64,000 bases of DNA from Mobula birostris (GCF_030028105.1 NC_092374.1:178398057-178462056); one strand, 5' to 3'; positions 41,250 to 54,514 are shown, counted from the stretch's first letter. Made by a program: numbers and translations. Notes: a model not told the origin generated them from the letters alone.

Positions 41250-41263
41250 CCGCCACCTACTGA
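41250..41263 (-). promoter_or_regulatory. CTCF-like motif
   Basis: Minus strand TCAGTAGGTGGCGG resembles the CTCF core CCASYAGRKGGCRS; adjacent to the CpG island. Confidence 0.35.
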
Positions 41264-42921
41264 GTTGGGGTGTGTAATGAAGAGACAGGAATTATATCCA
41301 CGAAATCACCCCGCCCGCTCCCCCCCCCCGCCACACACACACACCATCACCAAGAAAACCTCAAACAATATCAAAAAGTCTGATGCTCATCACAATGAAA
41401 GTCAATGCTCACTTAAACACATTAGATGGCAGTGGTATCCTAACAAACTTTCCATGTTTACCTGTGTGCCAAAGATCGCAATTTAGCAATGAGAAGTTTC
41501 CTTTCCACCTCTTAGGAGCTGCATTCAAACAATATATGCTGCACTGTTTCTTGACAAATACACTCACTGCAGATGCCAATATCATGCATATTATTCAACT
41601 TAGTATGTCCAATATGTAAATGTGTAAGTAAGACTTCTCTCCTTTTATATCCATCTCCCAGTTGAGTTCCCACCATCCTCTGAATTTTATATAAAAGCCG
41701 TTGTTTTATTCCTTTATCCCAAATGAAAAGGTACTTCACCCATTTCTCCCAGTAATAGTAGAATTTGGGAGATTTAATAGTACCACAACATAATCCAGAT
41801 GCTTGAGATTGAACTTTATCTCGGGTCTTTAAGACCACTGGTGAGGCAACACATCCATAATCAAATACAGATTAAAGCAATATACATTTACTTCAGTGAC
41901 CTCCTACTCACACCCAACTAAGCAACTGAGCACGTTAACGACATTTCTCTGGAATTTTATTCACATGCACTATGCATGTTAGCCTTGTATCCATCTACAT
42001 ACCAACTACAAACATAAAGCTTCACCAGTATCTCTTGTTTAAGTGATGTAATGTAAAGCTTGAGATCATGTGTGGGTGTAATGTTCCTTTCAGTAAAACA
42101 AAATTTAGACTGCCCAAGAGAAAATTTAAACACACACCGACATCACCAGTCTTTCTACTTCATTAATAGCTGCCTGCATTTTCCTAACTATTTAATTTAT
42201 GTCCTTGCCTCTCTTCCACACTGCAGCATTCCTTCATCAGCATATAATGATCTGGAAATATCTAAGCCAACAATTAAGAAGATACCATTAATCATAATAA
42301 AAAGGAGTGGGGTCCCATTCTCTATTTCATACTCCTCAAAAAAAGGTGTTTCTACCCTAACTTGTATCTCCTTATCATTTAAAACATCTACCACTTATTG
42401 CCATCTTTTCCAGGTTAAGCAGCAACCCTTGTGTCCATAACAAATAAGCTCTCTCTAGATCAAAGAAAACTGCCACCACTGGTTCTTTATTAACTTGGGC
42501 CTTAAAAATATCAAATTCCAAACTTAATACCAAGTCCATCATCATTCTTTCTACGAAATCCAGATGGGTATACAGCCTATAGGAAGCCTTGTGATAACTA
42601 TTTGTTCCGTTACCTTACATACATGTGAAATTAGCAAAGTAGGTCTATATAATAATAAGTACTTTATTGATTACAAGAGGGGAAATCTTTCATTACAGTA
42701 GCAGCATTTAAAAACACACAGCAGTGTGCAGACTAACTAGCAATAACGTACAGCATAATAACATACCAATGTTCAATAAAATGCAATAATAATGTATGAA
42801 ATAATAAAGCAGGGACTAATGTACTAGGATGCGTGTTCTGTCACAATGAGATGAATTGTTGTATATGCTTCAAAGTTGCTGGTGAATGCAGCAGGCTAAG
42901 CAGCATCTGTAGGAAGAGGTG

Positions 42922-42959
42922 CAGTCAACGTTTCAGGCCGAGATCCTTCGTCAGGACTA
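42922..42959 (-). ncRNA. Minimal hammerhead ribozyme, GUU cleavage triplet
   Basis: Minus strand UAGUC-CUGACGA-AGG(AUCUCGG)CCU-GAAA-C-GUU-GACUG. Confidence 0.65.
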
Positions 42960-43255
42960 ACTGAAGGAAGAGTGAGTAAGGGATTTGAAAGTGGGAGGGG
43001 GAGAGGGAGATCCAAAATGATAGGAGAAGACAGGAGGGGGAGGGATAGAGCCAAGAGCTGGACAGGTGATAGGCAAAAGGGGATACGAGAGGATCATGGG
43101 ACAGGAGGTCCGGGAAGAAAGACAAGGAGGCGGGGGGGACCCAGAGGATGGGCAAGAGGTATATTCAGAGGGACAGAGGGAGAAAAAGGAGAGTGAGAGG
43201 AAGAATGTGTGCATAAAAATAAGTAACAGATGGGGTACGAGGGGGAGGTGGGGCC

Positions 43256-45370
43256 TTAGCGGAAGTTAGAGAAGTCGATGTTCATGCCATCAGGTTGGAG
43301 GCTACCCAGACGGAATATAAGGTGTTGTTCCTCCAACCTGAGTGTGGCTTCATCTTTACAGTAGAGGAAGCCGTGGATAGACATGTCAGAATGGGAATGG
43401 GATGTGGAATTAAAATGTGTGGCCACTGGGAGATCCTGCTTTCTCTGGTGGACAGAGCGTAGATGTTCAGCAAAGCGGTCTCCCAGTCTGCGTCGGGTCT
43501 CGCCAATATATAAAAGGCCACACCGGGAGCACCAGACGCAGTATATCACCCCAGTCGACTCACAGGTGAAGTGTTGCCTCACCTGGAAGGACTGTTTGGG
43601 GCCCTGAATGGTGGTAAGGGAGGAAGTGTAAGGGCATGTGTAGCACTTGTTCCGCTTGCACAGATAAGTGCCAGGAGGGGATCAGTGGGGAGGGATGGGG
43701 GGGACGAATGGACAAGGGAGTTGTGTAGGGAGCGATCCCTGCGGAATGCAGGGGGGGGGGTGGAGGGAAAGATGTGCTTAGTGGTGGGATCCCGTTGGAG
43801 GTGGCGGAAGTTACGGAGAATAATATGTTGGACCCGGAGGCTGGTGGGGTGGTAGGTGAGGACCAGGGGAACCCTGTTCCTAGTGGGGTGGCGGGAGGAT
43901 GGAGTGAGAGCAGATGTACGTGAAATGGGGGAGATGAGTTTAAGAGCTGAGTTGATAGTGGAGGAAGGGAAGCCCCTTTCTTTAAAAAAGGAAGACATCT
44001 CCATCATCCTAGAATGAAAAGCCTCATCCTGAGAGCAGATGCGGCGGAGACGGAGGAATTGCGAGAAGGGGATGGCGTTTTTGCAAGAGACAGGGTGAGA
44101 AGAGGAATAGTCCAGATAGCTGTGAGAGTCAGTAGGCTTATAGTAGACATCAGTGGATAAGCTGTCTCCAGAGACAGAGACAGAAAGATCTAGAAAGGGG
44201 AGGGAGGTGTCGGAAATGGACCAGGTATACTTGAGGGCAGGGTGAAAGTTGGAGGCAAAGTTAATAAAGTCAACGAGTTCTGCATGCGTGCAGGAAGCAG
44301 CGCCAATGCAGTCGTCGATGTAGCGAAGGAAAAGTGGGGGACAGATACCAGCACGGAACATAGATTGTTCCACAAAGCCAAAAAAAAGGCAGGCATAGCT
44401 AGGACCCATACGGGTGCCCATAGCTACACCTTTAGTTTGGAGGAAGTGGGAGGAGCCAAAGGAGAAATTATTAAGAGTAAGAACTAATTCCGCTAGACGG
44501 AGCAGAGTGGTGGTAGAGGGGAACTGATTAGGTCTGGAATCCAAAAAGAAGCGTAGAGCTTTGAGACCTTCCTGATGGGGGATGGAAGTATATAACGACT
44601 GGACATCCATGGTGAAAATAAAGCGGTGGGGGCCAGGGAACTTAAAATCATCGAAAAGTTTAAGAGCGTGAGAAGTGTCACGAACATAGGCCGGAAGGGA
44701 TTGAACAAGGGGTGATAAAACCGTGTCGAGGTATGCAGAAACAAGTTCGGTGGGGCAGGAGCAAGCTGAGACAATAGGTCGGCCAGGACAGGCAGGTTTG
44801 TGGATCTTGGGTAGGAGGTAGAAACGGGAAGTGCGGGGTGTGGGAACTATAAGGTTGGTAGCAGTGGATGGGAGATTCCCTGAGCGGATAAAGTCGGTGA
44901 TGGTGTGGGAGACAATGGCCTGGTGCTCCTTAGTGGGGTCACGATCGAGGGGTAAATAAGAGGAGGTATCCGCGAGTTGTCGCTGTGCCTCGGCAAGGTA
45001 GAGGTCAGTACGCCAGACTACAACAGCACCCCCCTTATCGGCGGGTTTAATAATAAGGTTAGGATTAGTGCGGAGGGAGTGGAGAGCAGAACGTTCCGAA
45101 GGAGTGAGGTTGGAATGGGAACAAGGTGCGGTGAAGACGAGACGGTTGATGTCCCGTCGGCAGTTAGCGATAAAGAGATCCAGAGCAGGCAGAAGGCCAG
45201 AGCGGGGTGTCCATGAAGAAGAGGAGGGTTGAAGACGGGAGAAGGGGTCATCGGTGGGGGTGGAAGAGTCCTTGCCGAAGAAGTAGGCTCGGAGACATAG
45301 ACGGCGGAAGAAAAGTTCTGCATCATGGCGAACACGGAACTCGCTGAGATGTGGGCGAAGGGGGACAAAC
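43256..45370 (-). pseudogene. Penelope RT + GIY-YIG endonuclease, 5'-truncated, frameshifted near 43680
   Basis: IIKPADKGGAVVV, YLLPKIHK..GRPIVS, MDVQSLYTSIP, GVAMG..GPSYA, RYIDD; then GVIYCVWC..LYIGET..RFAEH. Confidence 0.9.
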
Positions 45371-45961
45371 GTGAGGATCCGGGTCCAACATATTATTCTC
45401 CGTAACTTCTGCCACCTCCAACGGGATCCCACCACTAAGCACATCTTTCCCTCCCCCCCCCCCGCCGCATTCCGCAGGGATCGCTCCCTACACAACTCCC
45501 TTGTCCATTCGTCCCCCCCATCCCTCCCCACTGATCTCCCTCCTGGCATTTATCCGTGTAAGCGGAACAAGTGCTACACATGCCCTTACACTTCCTCCCT
45601 TACCATCATTCAGGGCCCCAAACAGTCCTTCCAGGTGAGGCAACACTTCACCTGTGAGTCGACTGGGGTGATATATTGCGTCTGGTGCTCCCGATGTGGC
45701 CTTTTATATATTGGCGAGACCCGACGCAGACTGGGAGACCGCTTTGCTGAACACCTACGCTCTGTCCGCCAGAGAAAGCAGGATCTCCCAGTGGCCACAC
45801 ATTTTAATTCCACATTCCATTCCCATTCTGACATGTCTATCCACGGCCTCCTCTACTGTAAAGATGAAGCCACACTCAGGTTGGAGGAACAACACCTTAT
45901 ATTCTGTCTGGGTAGCCTCCAACCTGATGGCATGAACATCGACTTCTCTAACTTCCGCTAA
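45371..45961 (+). pseudogene. Penelope GIY-YIG endonuclease fragment (inverted duplicate arm)
   Basis: CKRNKCYTC, GVIYCVWCSRCGLLYIGETRR, E-H..LQPDGMN. Confidence 0.9.
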
Positions 45962-46257
45962 GGCCCCACCTCCCCCTCGTACCCCATCTGTTATTTATTT
46001 TAATGCACACATTCTTCCTCTCACTCTCCTTTTTCTCCCTCTGTCCCTCTGAATATACCTCTTGCCCATCCTCTGGGTCCCCCCCCCCCCTTGTCTTTCT
46101 TCCCAGACCTCCTGTCCCATGATCCTCTCCATATCCTCTTTTGCCTATCACCTGTCCAGCTCTTGGCTATATCCCTCCCCCTCCTGTCTTCTCCTATCAT
46201 TTTGGATCTCCCCCTCCCCCTCCTACTTTCAAATCCCTTACTCACTCTTCCTTCAGT

Positions 46258-46295
46258 TAGTCCTGATGAAGGGTCTCGGCCTGAAATGTGGACTG
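46258..46295 (+). ncRNA. Hammerhead ribozyme motif, probably inactivated
   Basis: UAGUC-CUGAUGA-AGG..CCU-GAAA-U-GUG-GACUG; cleavage triplet GUG and stem III disrupted. Confidence 0.5.
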
Positions 46296-47258
46296 CACCT
46301 CTTCCTACAGATGCTGCCTGGCCTGCTGCATTCACCAGCAACTTTGATGTGTGTTGCTTGAATTTCCAACATCTGCAGAATTCCTGTTGTTTGTTGTATA
46401 TGCTTATTGCATTTGGTAGGAAAGATTTTCTGTAGCAATCCTTATGATGGCTGAGCTGAATGAGTATATTCAAAAAGGTGCTCCACTACTTATTCCGTAG
46501 GTAATGGAGAGGATGTTCCAGATTGTCCATAATGGATAACAGTTTGTTTTATGACCTCCTCTCCACCATTTAGTCAAACGAGTCTGGACTGTAGCCAAGG
46601 CCGGATCCAGCCTTTTTGATGAGTTTATTTAGTCTTTTTGCATCACCAGCTCCAATGCTGCTCCCCCAACAAAAAGCAGCAAAGAAGACTTGCTACAACA
46701 GACTGGTAAAAGATCTACAATATCCTGCTACACACGTTGAAGGATCTCAGCTTCCCTAAATTTCAACCACAATTGACTCATAATCAACCCCAAACTCCAA
46801 AAGTCTACTGTATATGCTATCCCAGTTTTGGCAAATGTAGACACTCCTCCATTGCCCATTTTCCGATCATGGCTTATGTTAACATAACTTTGTATTTTGA
46901 GACTGACAGGATTTCAACCAGGTTTCCTGTACACATGACGTCAAGTTTATTTGGTAAATCTGCAATAAATTTCTTATCCTCTTGACCACTAGCTAACAGG
47001 CTTCTAGAATTCCATTGTAAGATTAAATGCCATTAACAACTCTCTTTTGAAATGTGAACATTTTTACTCCTTGAAAGGCATCATTAATAGCTTCTAGTAT
47101 TTTATGTCAATGTTTTTCTTCTGCTTTTCACATAATTTTAATATTTGTCCTATTTCAGTTTGTGCTGTACAATTTACCACATCTGCCATGACAGTTTATC
47201 AACAATTAGAGAATCCTTTGTTATACAATTATGTACTTTACACAATGCCATTAAACTA

Positions 47259-47876
47259 CAAGAGGTGATTGATAAGTTCGTGGCCTCAGGTTGCAGGAGT
47301 CAGTTTTAGAATACCTAGCACATTTATTTTTCCTACATTTACACACTTAGTCCAACAGTCGTGGAACATACGGATCCCTTCAGTGTAGAAGCCTGTTGGG
47401 CCTCCAGAAAGTGGTCCACGGCACGAGTTATTGATAAGCTCATGGCCTGAGGTAGAAGGAGATATTATTAACTTCAAACTTTCTGCATTTTCACTCAAAG
47501 AGTTGAACTGCACGTGCATGCAACAAGAGCTGTATAACCCATCTCCTTCTACCTAAGGCCACAATCTTAACAATCACCCCTGCTGTGGACCACCTGGAGG
47601 TCCAAGACGCTCTCGTTACATGCACGTGCAGTTCAACTCTTTGAGTGATAATGCAGAAAGTTTGAAGTTAATAAATCCGCTCCTTCTCCCTTAAGCCACG
47701 AAGTTATCAATCACCCCTGCTGTGGACCACTTCTACAAAGAAGGGATCTGTATGCTCCACGACCGCTGGACTATGTGTGTACATGTAGAAGAGGACTATG
47801 TTGAAAAATAAATGTGCTCGGTTTTCTAAAATTGACTCCTTCTACCTTAGGCCATGAACTTGTCAATCACACCTTG
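47259..47876. mobile_element. Tc1/mariner-derived MITE, nearly palindromic, TA TSD
   Basis: TA-caagaggtgattgataagttcgtggcct.. versus ..aggccatgaacttgtcaatcacaccttg-TA; internal inverted repeats (47493-47520 vs 47619-47647). Confidence 0.85.
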
Positions 47877-48539
47877 TATCTGCATTCTGGATATTAATAG
47901 ATCCCATTGATACTGTCTTCTATATTTTCTGCAGAGCCTCTGCATATGATATACCTATTTCCACCTGAAAATGCTGCCACTTCCACAACATTATGCAGGA
48001 CATCTTGGATAATCAGAGCTACATTTTCCTCCACAGTTGCTACAAATCCTTAGTTACTGTGATTGATTTATATTGGAAGCAGATCCACATTCAAACCTCA
48101 ACAAAACCTTAAACTCTTCCTTCCTTCTTTTATTTAAATCCTATCTACTGCCTTCATCACTGGAAGATAAGCCTCTACAATCTTCAATAAGCTATTTATT
48201 TTTCCATTTCCCAGAAATCTGCCATTTGACCTCCTCCAGTCGCTACCTCTGAGATCCCCGTCACTTCCTGCCATCTCTACCCCCTTCCTGTCTGAGAGAA
48301 AACTCCCAACAGTGGGCTTAGTCCATTGTTCCAACCCCAATCAGCTTAATTAGCTTGGTGGATGACTTGCGAGCGTACGCAAACCTTCCCAGCCCCTCAA
48401 ATGCCCAAAGATGACAGCCGCATCACCTTAACACAGACATCACACTACAACAATTAATCTAATCTTAACTGCACCATTAAGACAGTCTGTTACACGTCAC
48501 CAAGGAAATAGATTTTGTTCAACCCAAAGACCTTGCCTT

Positions 48540-51060
48540 CCTTTCTTTTTCAATGTCTTTATTAATTTCATAGAATATAAACATAACATAGTGTACGGGG
48601 TCTTTCTTTTGTTACATTTAAAATGGCGACTTTGTTATGTTAATCTGGGGAATGCGGCTTTGTTGTGCTTTAACGCTGAAGAGAGTTTGCGCTAGCAGTT
48701 TGTTTTACTTTAAATTGAGATAGCAGCCTTCTATTAGCCAATGGGTGGTTATGTATCGTTTTGTTTTCGGATACCATGCTGTATTTGAATGACTGTGGAC
48801 GGAGTTTTGGCAGGGAGTCGGAGGAGAGACGAGGAGGACGGAGGAGAGACGGGGGGTGGTCGGAGGAGAGATGGGGGGGTTGTGGAGAGACGGGGAGGAC
48901 AGCGGACATGTGGAGAGGCTCCGGTCGATCACTCCGGGTGGTCCCAAGCCGTGAGTCGACGGAATTCGGGTGGTCGTCAGGAATCGATTGAGCTCCAACG
49001 ATAGCGCACGAAGAACGTGGACTTTGATAAGTGTTGGCGCCTTATTTTTCTATTACTTTCCTCTCTGTATCAAATGTATATTAATGTCATAGAATTAGTA
49101 ATATCTATAAAGTGTACTTGTTAAAATTTACTGGGTGTGCTGGCTGATGATTGATGTTGTGATTGATTCGGGCGGCGACCAACCGTGTGGGGAGTGTTGA
49201 GGCGGGTGCTGGGCTGGATTTCCCCTAGACATACACGAGCTAATATAACTGAATTTTACAATAGCAATAATACAACATTGTTGGGAATACATTGTTATAC
49301 TTAAGATGGGTAATTATAAAACCAAATAGTATTTCATTGACAAAATTCCCAATCATGTAGGATACCAATGAATAACACAGGTCAAAAAAAATTATCTAAA
49401 CAAAAATCATGAAAAAGGAAAAAAAATAAAAACAAACCTCCACCCCCCAAAAAAAATAATCCAAACAGAATTAATCAACTAAACTAAAAAAGACATGGGC
49501 AATTTTAACAACGTAAAAATGGAAGAAAAGAAAACCTTAGTGTCGATGACTCCGTTCCTCTCAACCAACACTACAGAGAAGTAAAATAAGTTTGGAAATG
49601 GTCAAATTACATCATATGAAAATGCTGAATAAATGGCCTCCAAGTTTTTTCAAATTTAATGGAAGGGTCATAAACCACACTTCTAATTTTTTCCAAATTT
49701 AAACACAACATGGTTTGTGAAAACCAGTGAAATACAGTAGGAGGGTTAATCTCTTTCTAATTCAGCAAAATGGATGTTCTAGCCATTAAATAAAGAAATG
49801 CAATCATCTGATGAGCTGAAGAGGTTAAATGATTTGAGCCTATCATTGGTAATCCAAAAATAGCAGTAATTGGGTGAGGTTGTAAGTCTGTATTCAAAAC
49901 CATTGAAATAATATCAAAAATATCTTTCCAATATTTTTCCAACAAAGGACATGACCAAAACACGTGAGTTAAAGAAGCTATCTTGGAATGACATCTATCA
50001 CATTTTGGATTAATATAAGAATAATAACGAGATAGTTTATCTTTGGACATATGAGCCCTATGCACTACTTTAAACTGTATCAACACATATAGAGAATGAA
50101 TTAACCAATTGAAGAATTTTTCCCATTTTTCAATTGGTATAGTAATCTTAAATTCTCTTTCCCAATCAGTTTTAATTTCATTGGAAACATCAGGACATAA
50201 ATTCATAATTAGGTTCTAAATAATTGCTACAACATTTTTCTGAGACAGATTTAGATCTAAAATTTTTTCTAAAATATCCATTGGATATAAATGTGGAAAA
50301 TTAGGAGAAACAGTAATTATAAAGTTTCTGATCTGTAGGTATCTAAAAAAGTGAGATCTAGGTAAATTATATTCATTGGAAAGTTGATCAAAGGACATGA
50401 AACAATTATCCAAAAATAAATCACGAAAACGTACTATACCTTTGATTTTCCAATCAAAGTAACTTGGTCCATAGTGGAAGGTTGAAAAAGGAAATTAGAT
50501 ATAATAGGGCTTGCTAAAATAAATTGATTGAACCCAAAAAATCTTTGGAATTGAAACCATATACATAAAGTATGCTTAACCATTGGATTATTCATTTGTT
50601 TATACAATGTAGAAGAAATAAAAGGAAGCAAAGTTCCTAAAACCGAACCCAAAGAAGACCCTTGTAATGAATTACATACAAGATTTACCCAATGTGGACT
50701 TGAAGTTGCATCCAAATCTCGTAACCAAAATTTTAAGTATCGGATATTAATTGCCCAATAATAAAATCTAAAATTCGGGAGGGTGAGCCTCCCCTCTTTT
50801 TTAGATTTCTGTAAATACCTTTTACCTAGCCTAGGATTTTTTTTCTGCCATATATATGAGGAAATTTTTGAATCAACATTATCAAAAAAAGATTTTGGGG
50901 TAAAAATTGGAACCGATTGAAATACATATAGAAATTTAGGCAAAATAATCATCTTAATAGCATTAATCCGACCAATCAAAGACAAAGCTGTTGGTGACCA
51001 TTTAGTAAACAAGAGTTTAATCTGATCAATTAAAGGTAAAAAATTAGCTTTAAATAAATC
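48540..51060 (-). mobile_element. L1 3' portion (post-RT ORF2, zinc knuckle, 3' UTR), interrupted by a solo LTR
   Basis: LIGRINAIKMIILPKFLYVFQ..LPNFRFYYWA (50434-51012), CDRC..SLTHVFWSC (49757-50206). Confidence 0.9.
48592..49260. mobile_element. Solo LTR, 669 bp, 4-bp TSD ATAG
   Basis: TGTA..TACA ends; ATAG at 48588-48591 and 49261-49264. Confidence 0.9.
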
Positions 51061-51769
51061 TCGCCCTCCTCATTGGTCCGCATGCCTGTAATGGACCAAA
51101 TGGCCTGTCTTTGTGTGGTCTGGCTATACGATGTTAAGAACTTTACTCTCATTCGTCAAAAATGATGCTTGCTCGATTGTGACAATATCTTGACCAAACG
51201 TATGGTGTTTTCCCTGAATGTAGTCATTAACTGAGGAAACGCAGCTGCTAATCTGTAAACATCAAGATCCTTTGAAGTATTTTGTGATGTCCTGTTTGGC
51301 TTTTGGTGACATTAGTTGAGAGCTCCTATGAATGTTGTGTGGGGGAGGTAACTTGCTAATTAGAGCCATGGTTTACCTGCAGAGGCAGACAGGGTCTCCA
51401 CCTAACCTAACACCTCTCCCAATGCACTGTTCCCTCAGAGGCTTAAGTATCAAGCGGGGCAGAAATGTGACGATCTTTAGTGTGGGAGGTGAGCGTGTGA
51501 CCCACAAAACCACAGCTGGGACACCAATTCAAGATGGTTGGTGTAGCAGCTGGCAAAACTGTGAGATCGGGGGTCAGCTTCCACTGCTGTCAGTAAGGAG
51601 TTTGTATGTTCTCCCCGTAACCTTGTTACTTTCCTCCGGATGCTGTGCTTTGCCCCCATTGTCCAAAAATGTATGATTTAGGATTAGTGAGTTGTGGCCA
51701 TGCTATGTGGACACTAGGAATGCAGGAACACTTACCGGATGCTCAACAGCTGTTTTAATTTGATGCAAT

Positions 51770-52500
51770 CTGCATTCAAAGGTTCAAAAGGACATTTAAT
51801 GTCAGAGAAATATTACAATATACATCCTGAAATGCTTTTTCTTTGCACCTATCCACGAAAACAGAGGAGTGCCCCAAAGAATGAACAACAGTTAAATGTC
51901 AGAACCCCAAAGTCCCCCTCAGCTCCCCTCCTTCCCGCACATCAGCGGCAGCAAGCAACAATCCCCCCTTCCCCCCACCGGCAAAAAAAATCTGCACCCA
52001 CCACCGTGCACTCGAGCGTGAACAAGACAACAGTAAAGACAAAGACTTGCAGTGCAGTACTCCAAAGACTACATTGTTCACCCAGCATTTGACATACCAC
52101 AGGCTCTCTCTCTCCCTAATAAAGGAGAAATGCTGTCTCTGTTTCACGGCGAGAGGGGAGATATAACAAACAACTCACTAGTTTACGACATTAAAAGTCC
52201 CGTTGCGTTTTATTTTTACGAGCTCTGAGCCCAAAGATCTCAGGTCTCTGGGCACACAGCCGTAGATCTTCCGACTCTCCTGACGACACACGGATCTCCT
52301 GCCGTGACACCGACTTTCGATCCGCCGCTCTCCAGAGCCCTGAGATCCTAGGCCTCTAAAGACAAGCTGAAATCTTAGGCTGGAGCCCTTGGCGTGCCGA
52401 ACCGCGGCCAGTTGTGAAACTCGAGAATGGGTCCCTCTCCCACAAAGAACCATAGTCAGCAAGTAACTGCAGGTCAGGGTCTTCAAAAGGACCCTGAAAG
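51770..52500 (-). mobile_element. Non-autonomous retroposon-like repeat
   Basis: Architecture resembles the reverse complement of the 17480/28915 family, with a (tttgaa) tail near 51775. Confidence 0.5.
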
Positions 52501-52608
52501 GGAAAAATAAGATATATTAAAGATGGAAATACTGTAGAGCTGTTTCCGAAGAGGCAAACAAAGGAGTCACCGTTAGGCGCCATATTTTCCTATGTTTGAA
52601 AGTGTATG

Positions 52609-53811
52609 TGTAACCCAGGTTAATTAAACCCAAAGACGTAATGTTAGAAAGTTCCACCTGCGGAGGGATGAAAATGAAGTTTACCAAAGAGAACTTGGAA
52701 AAAAAAAATGCTGTGCGAGAACAAGGCGTGGCTGACGCAGGCACGGGAGGAGAGAGAAACGCAGAAACGATTAGAAGCTGAAGACACTAACTGTTAAGAG
52801 TGGAATTATTAGTGCGTAGCTTTACCCTAGTAACTCGACAATCTCAGGGTGAAACCCCTGCAGAAGAGACAATAGTGATCAAAGATTTATTGAAGCTATG
52901 GCTATAACATGCAGCAGCAAAAACGGTACAATATCAGCAGAGGCGAGTGTCCAAGATCTCTACCGTGTAACTGGACATTAGTTTTATAAAATCATACCAA
53001 GGGATTCGGTCAAGTTTTTGTGCAAGTTTGTGAATTGACTTGCCGTGGATGATAAACTATATTAGTCCAATGAGCCAAGAAAGAAGATGGTGAGCTACTC
53101 AAGATTCAATGAGCCAGCGCAGGAACGAAATGTGTAATGACGCAAAGGATTTAATATGGTTGGATGTGTAAATTCATTTTCATTCAAAGAATCCAAATTA
53201 GATTTTCTGAAAGAACTGATTATTTACAAAGACTTTGATAAGTCGCTGAATGAGATTTACTTTGTTTAAAAGTTCTAAAGTTGCAGAATTACGAAAGGGA
53301 TTAAACCGTATATATAACTTTTGAATTTCAGTTTAAACTTGTAGATACACTGGAACTGAAACTGAAGTTAATTATAATACTTAAAAATGGGAATTATGTT
53401 TGGTTTTCTAACTAACTAGGGATAAGTAAAAAGGAAAAGGTTGTCCGTAAACTTTTAAATAGGGAACTACACTAGATCTAATTAGTTCGAGAAATTAGAG
53501 TCATAAAGGAATCTCACTGATTCTAATTAAAAAGGAATTTGTTTTGGTTTGATATCTGAGATTTAGAACCTAAACAGAACGTTGGAATTTTGAATTGTTC
53601 TTGCTCATGTAAATAGTTTGTACATATTGTTGTTTTCATATAAACAGAACTTATCTCCAGAAGTATGTGGTTTCTATTCACTGCCTCCTTCCGATACCTA
53701 GAAGCTTCTGATGGCCTACTAGCACCCAGTGTAGTACTATGTAATTTGATTTTCTCAACGAGTGCAGCGACTAGTCGCACACAATAAGACAGGTGCTACA
53801 GTGGTGTTACA
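52609..53811. mobile_element. Solo LTR, 1203 bp, 4-bp TSD TATG
   Basis: Perfect TGTAAC..GTTACA ends; TATG at 52605-52608 and 53812-53815. Confidence 0.9.
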
Positions 53812-54514
53812 TATGTGGTAAATGAAGCTTCATTTTAAAAATATTTTATTTGCTTTATTCACTCATGGACGTGGATTCACAAAGTGAACCACTGTTTAGT
53901 TCCCCAACCCAAGATGTCCTTGAGAAGGTGGCTGGTTGCTGCCTTTTTGAACTGGTGCTGTACTCGAGCTGTGGATATATCCACAATGGTGTTCAGGTCC
54001 AGATAGTACTAAGTCTATGCTCTCTCAATTTTGGACAAGCCCTCAGTTAGTCAGTGTCAAGAGTGGTTGCTACATCCTCACAGCACAGAAGCAGGCACTT
54101 AGACCCAACAGGTCCATGTCAGCCAAGATTACCATCCAACTTGGCTCATTTGACTCATATCCCTCTAAACATTTCCTATCTGTGTACCTATCCAAGCATC
54201 TTCAATAGTGATACCCAAGTTGCTCAATAGTTTGGAGGATTGGGACCCTTCATTTTCTGTCCCCACTGCAGTTGGGTTCTTCTATCCAGAGCTGCTTAGG
54301 ATTTATACCTGGCTGATGCAGTGAGGCCTGTTTTAGTGTTGGTGGTTCCACGTGGATGGGGAGCCAATCACAGGGGTGAGGTGGGTGCCTAATTTGTGTG
54401 CCTGTGCATTAATTTGGGCAAGTGGAGAGTCTTCCACCAGAGTTTTGCCTTATAAATGGAGGGCATCCTTAGATATTTTCTCACACTCCTCTCTCACTCT
54501 CTTCTTTTTTTCAG

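Larger units (their letters stand above)
42871..46390. mobile_element. Penelope-like element with inverted arms, 15-bp TSD
   Basis: RT on minus (YIDD 44311-44322), GIY-YIG endonuclease on both strands (43256-43582 -, 45371-45961 +); TSD ttgttgtatatgctt at 42856-42870 and 46391-46405. Confidence 0.95.

Noticed and set aside
54456-54514. ATG-initiated signal-peptide-like string MEGILRYFLTLLSHSLLFF directly before alpha1
   Set aside because: Out of frame by 1 nt, and its hydrophobicity is explained by the polypyrimidine tract; only worth revisiting if reads show a 6-T rather than 7-T run at 54505-54511
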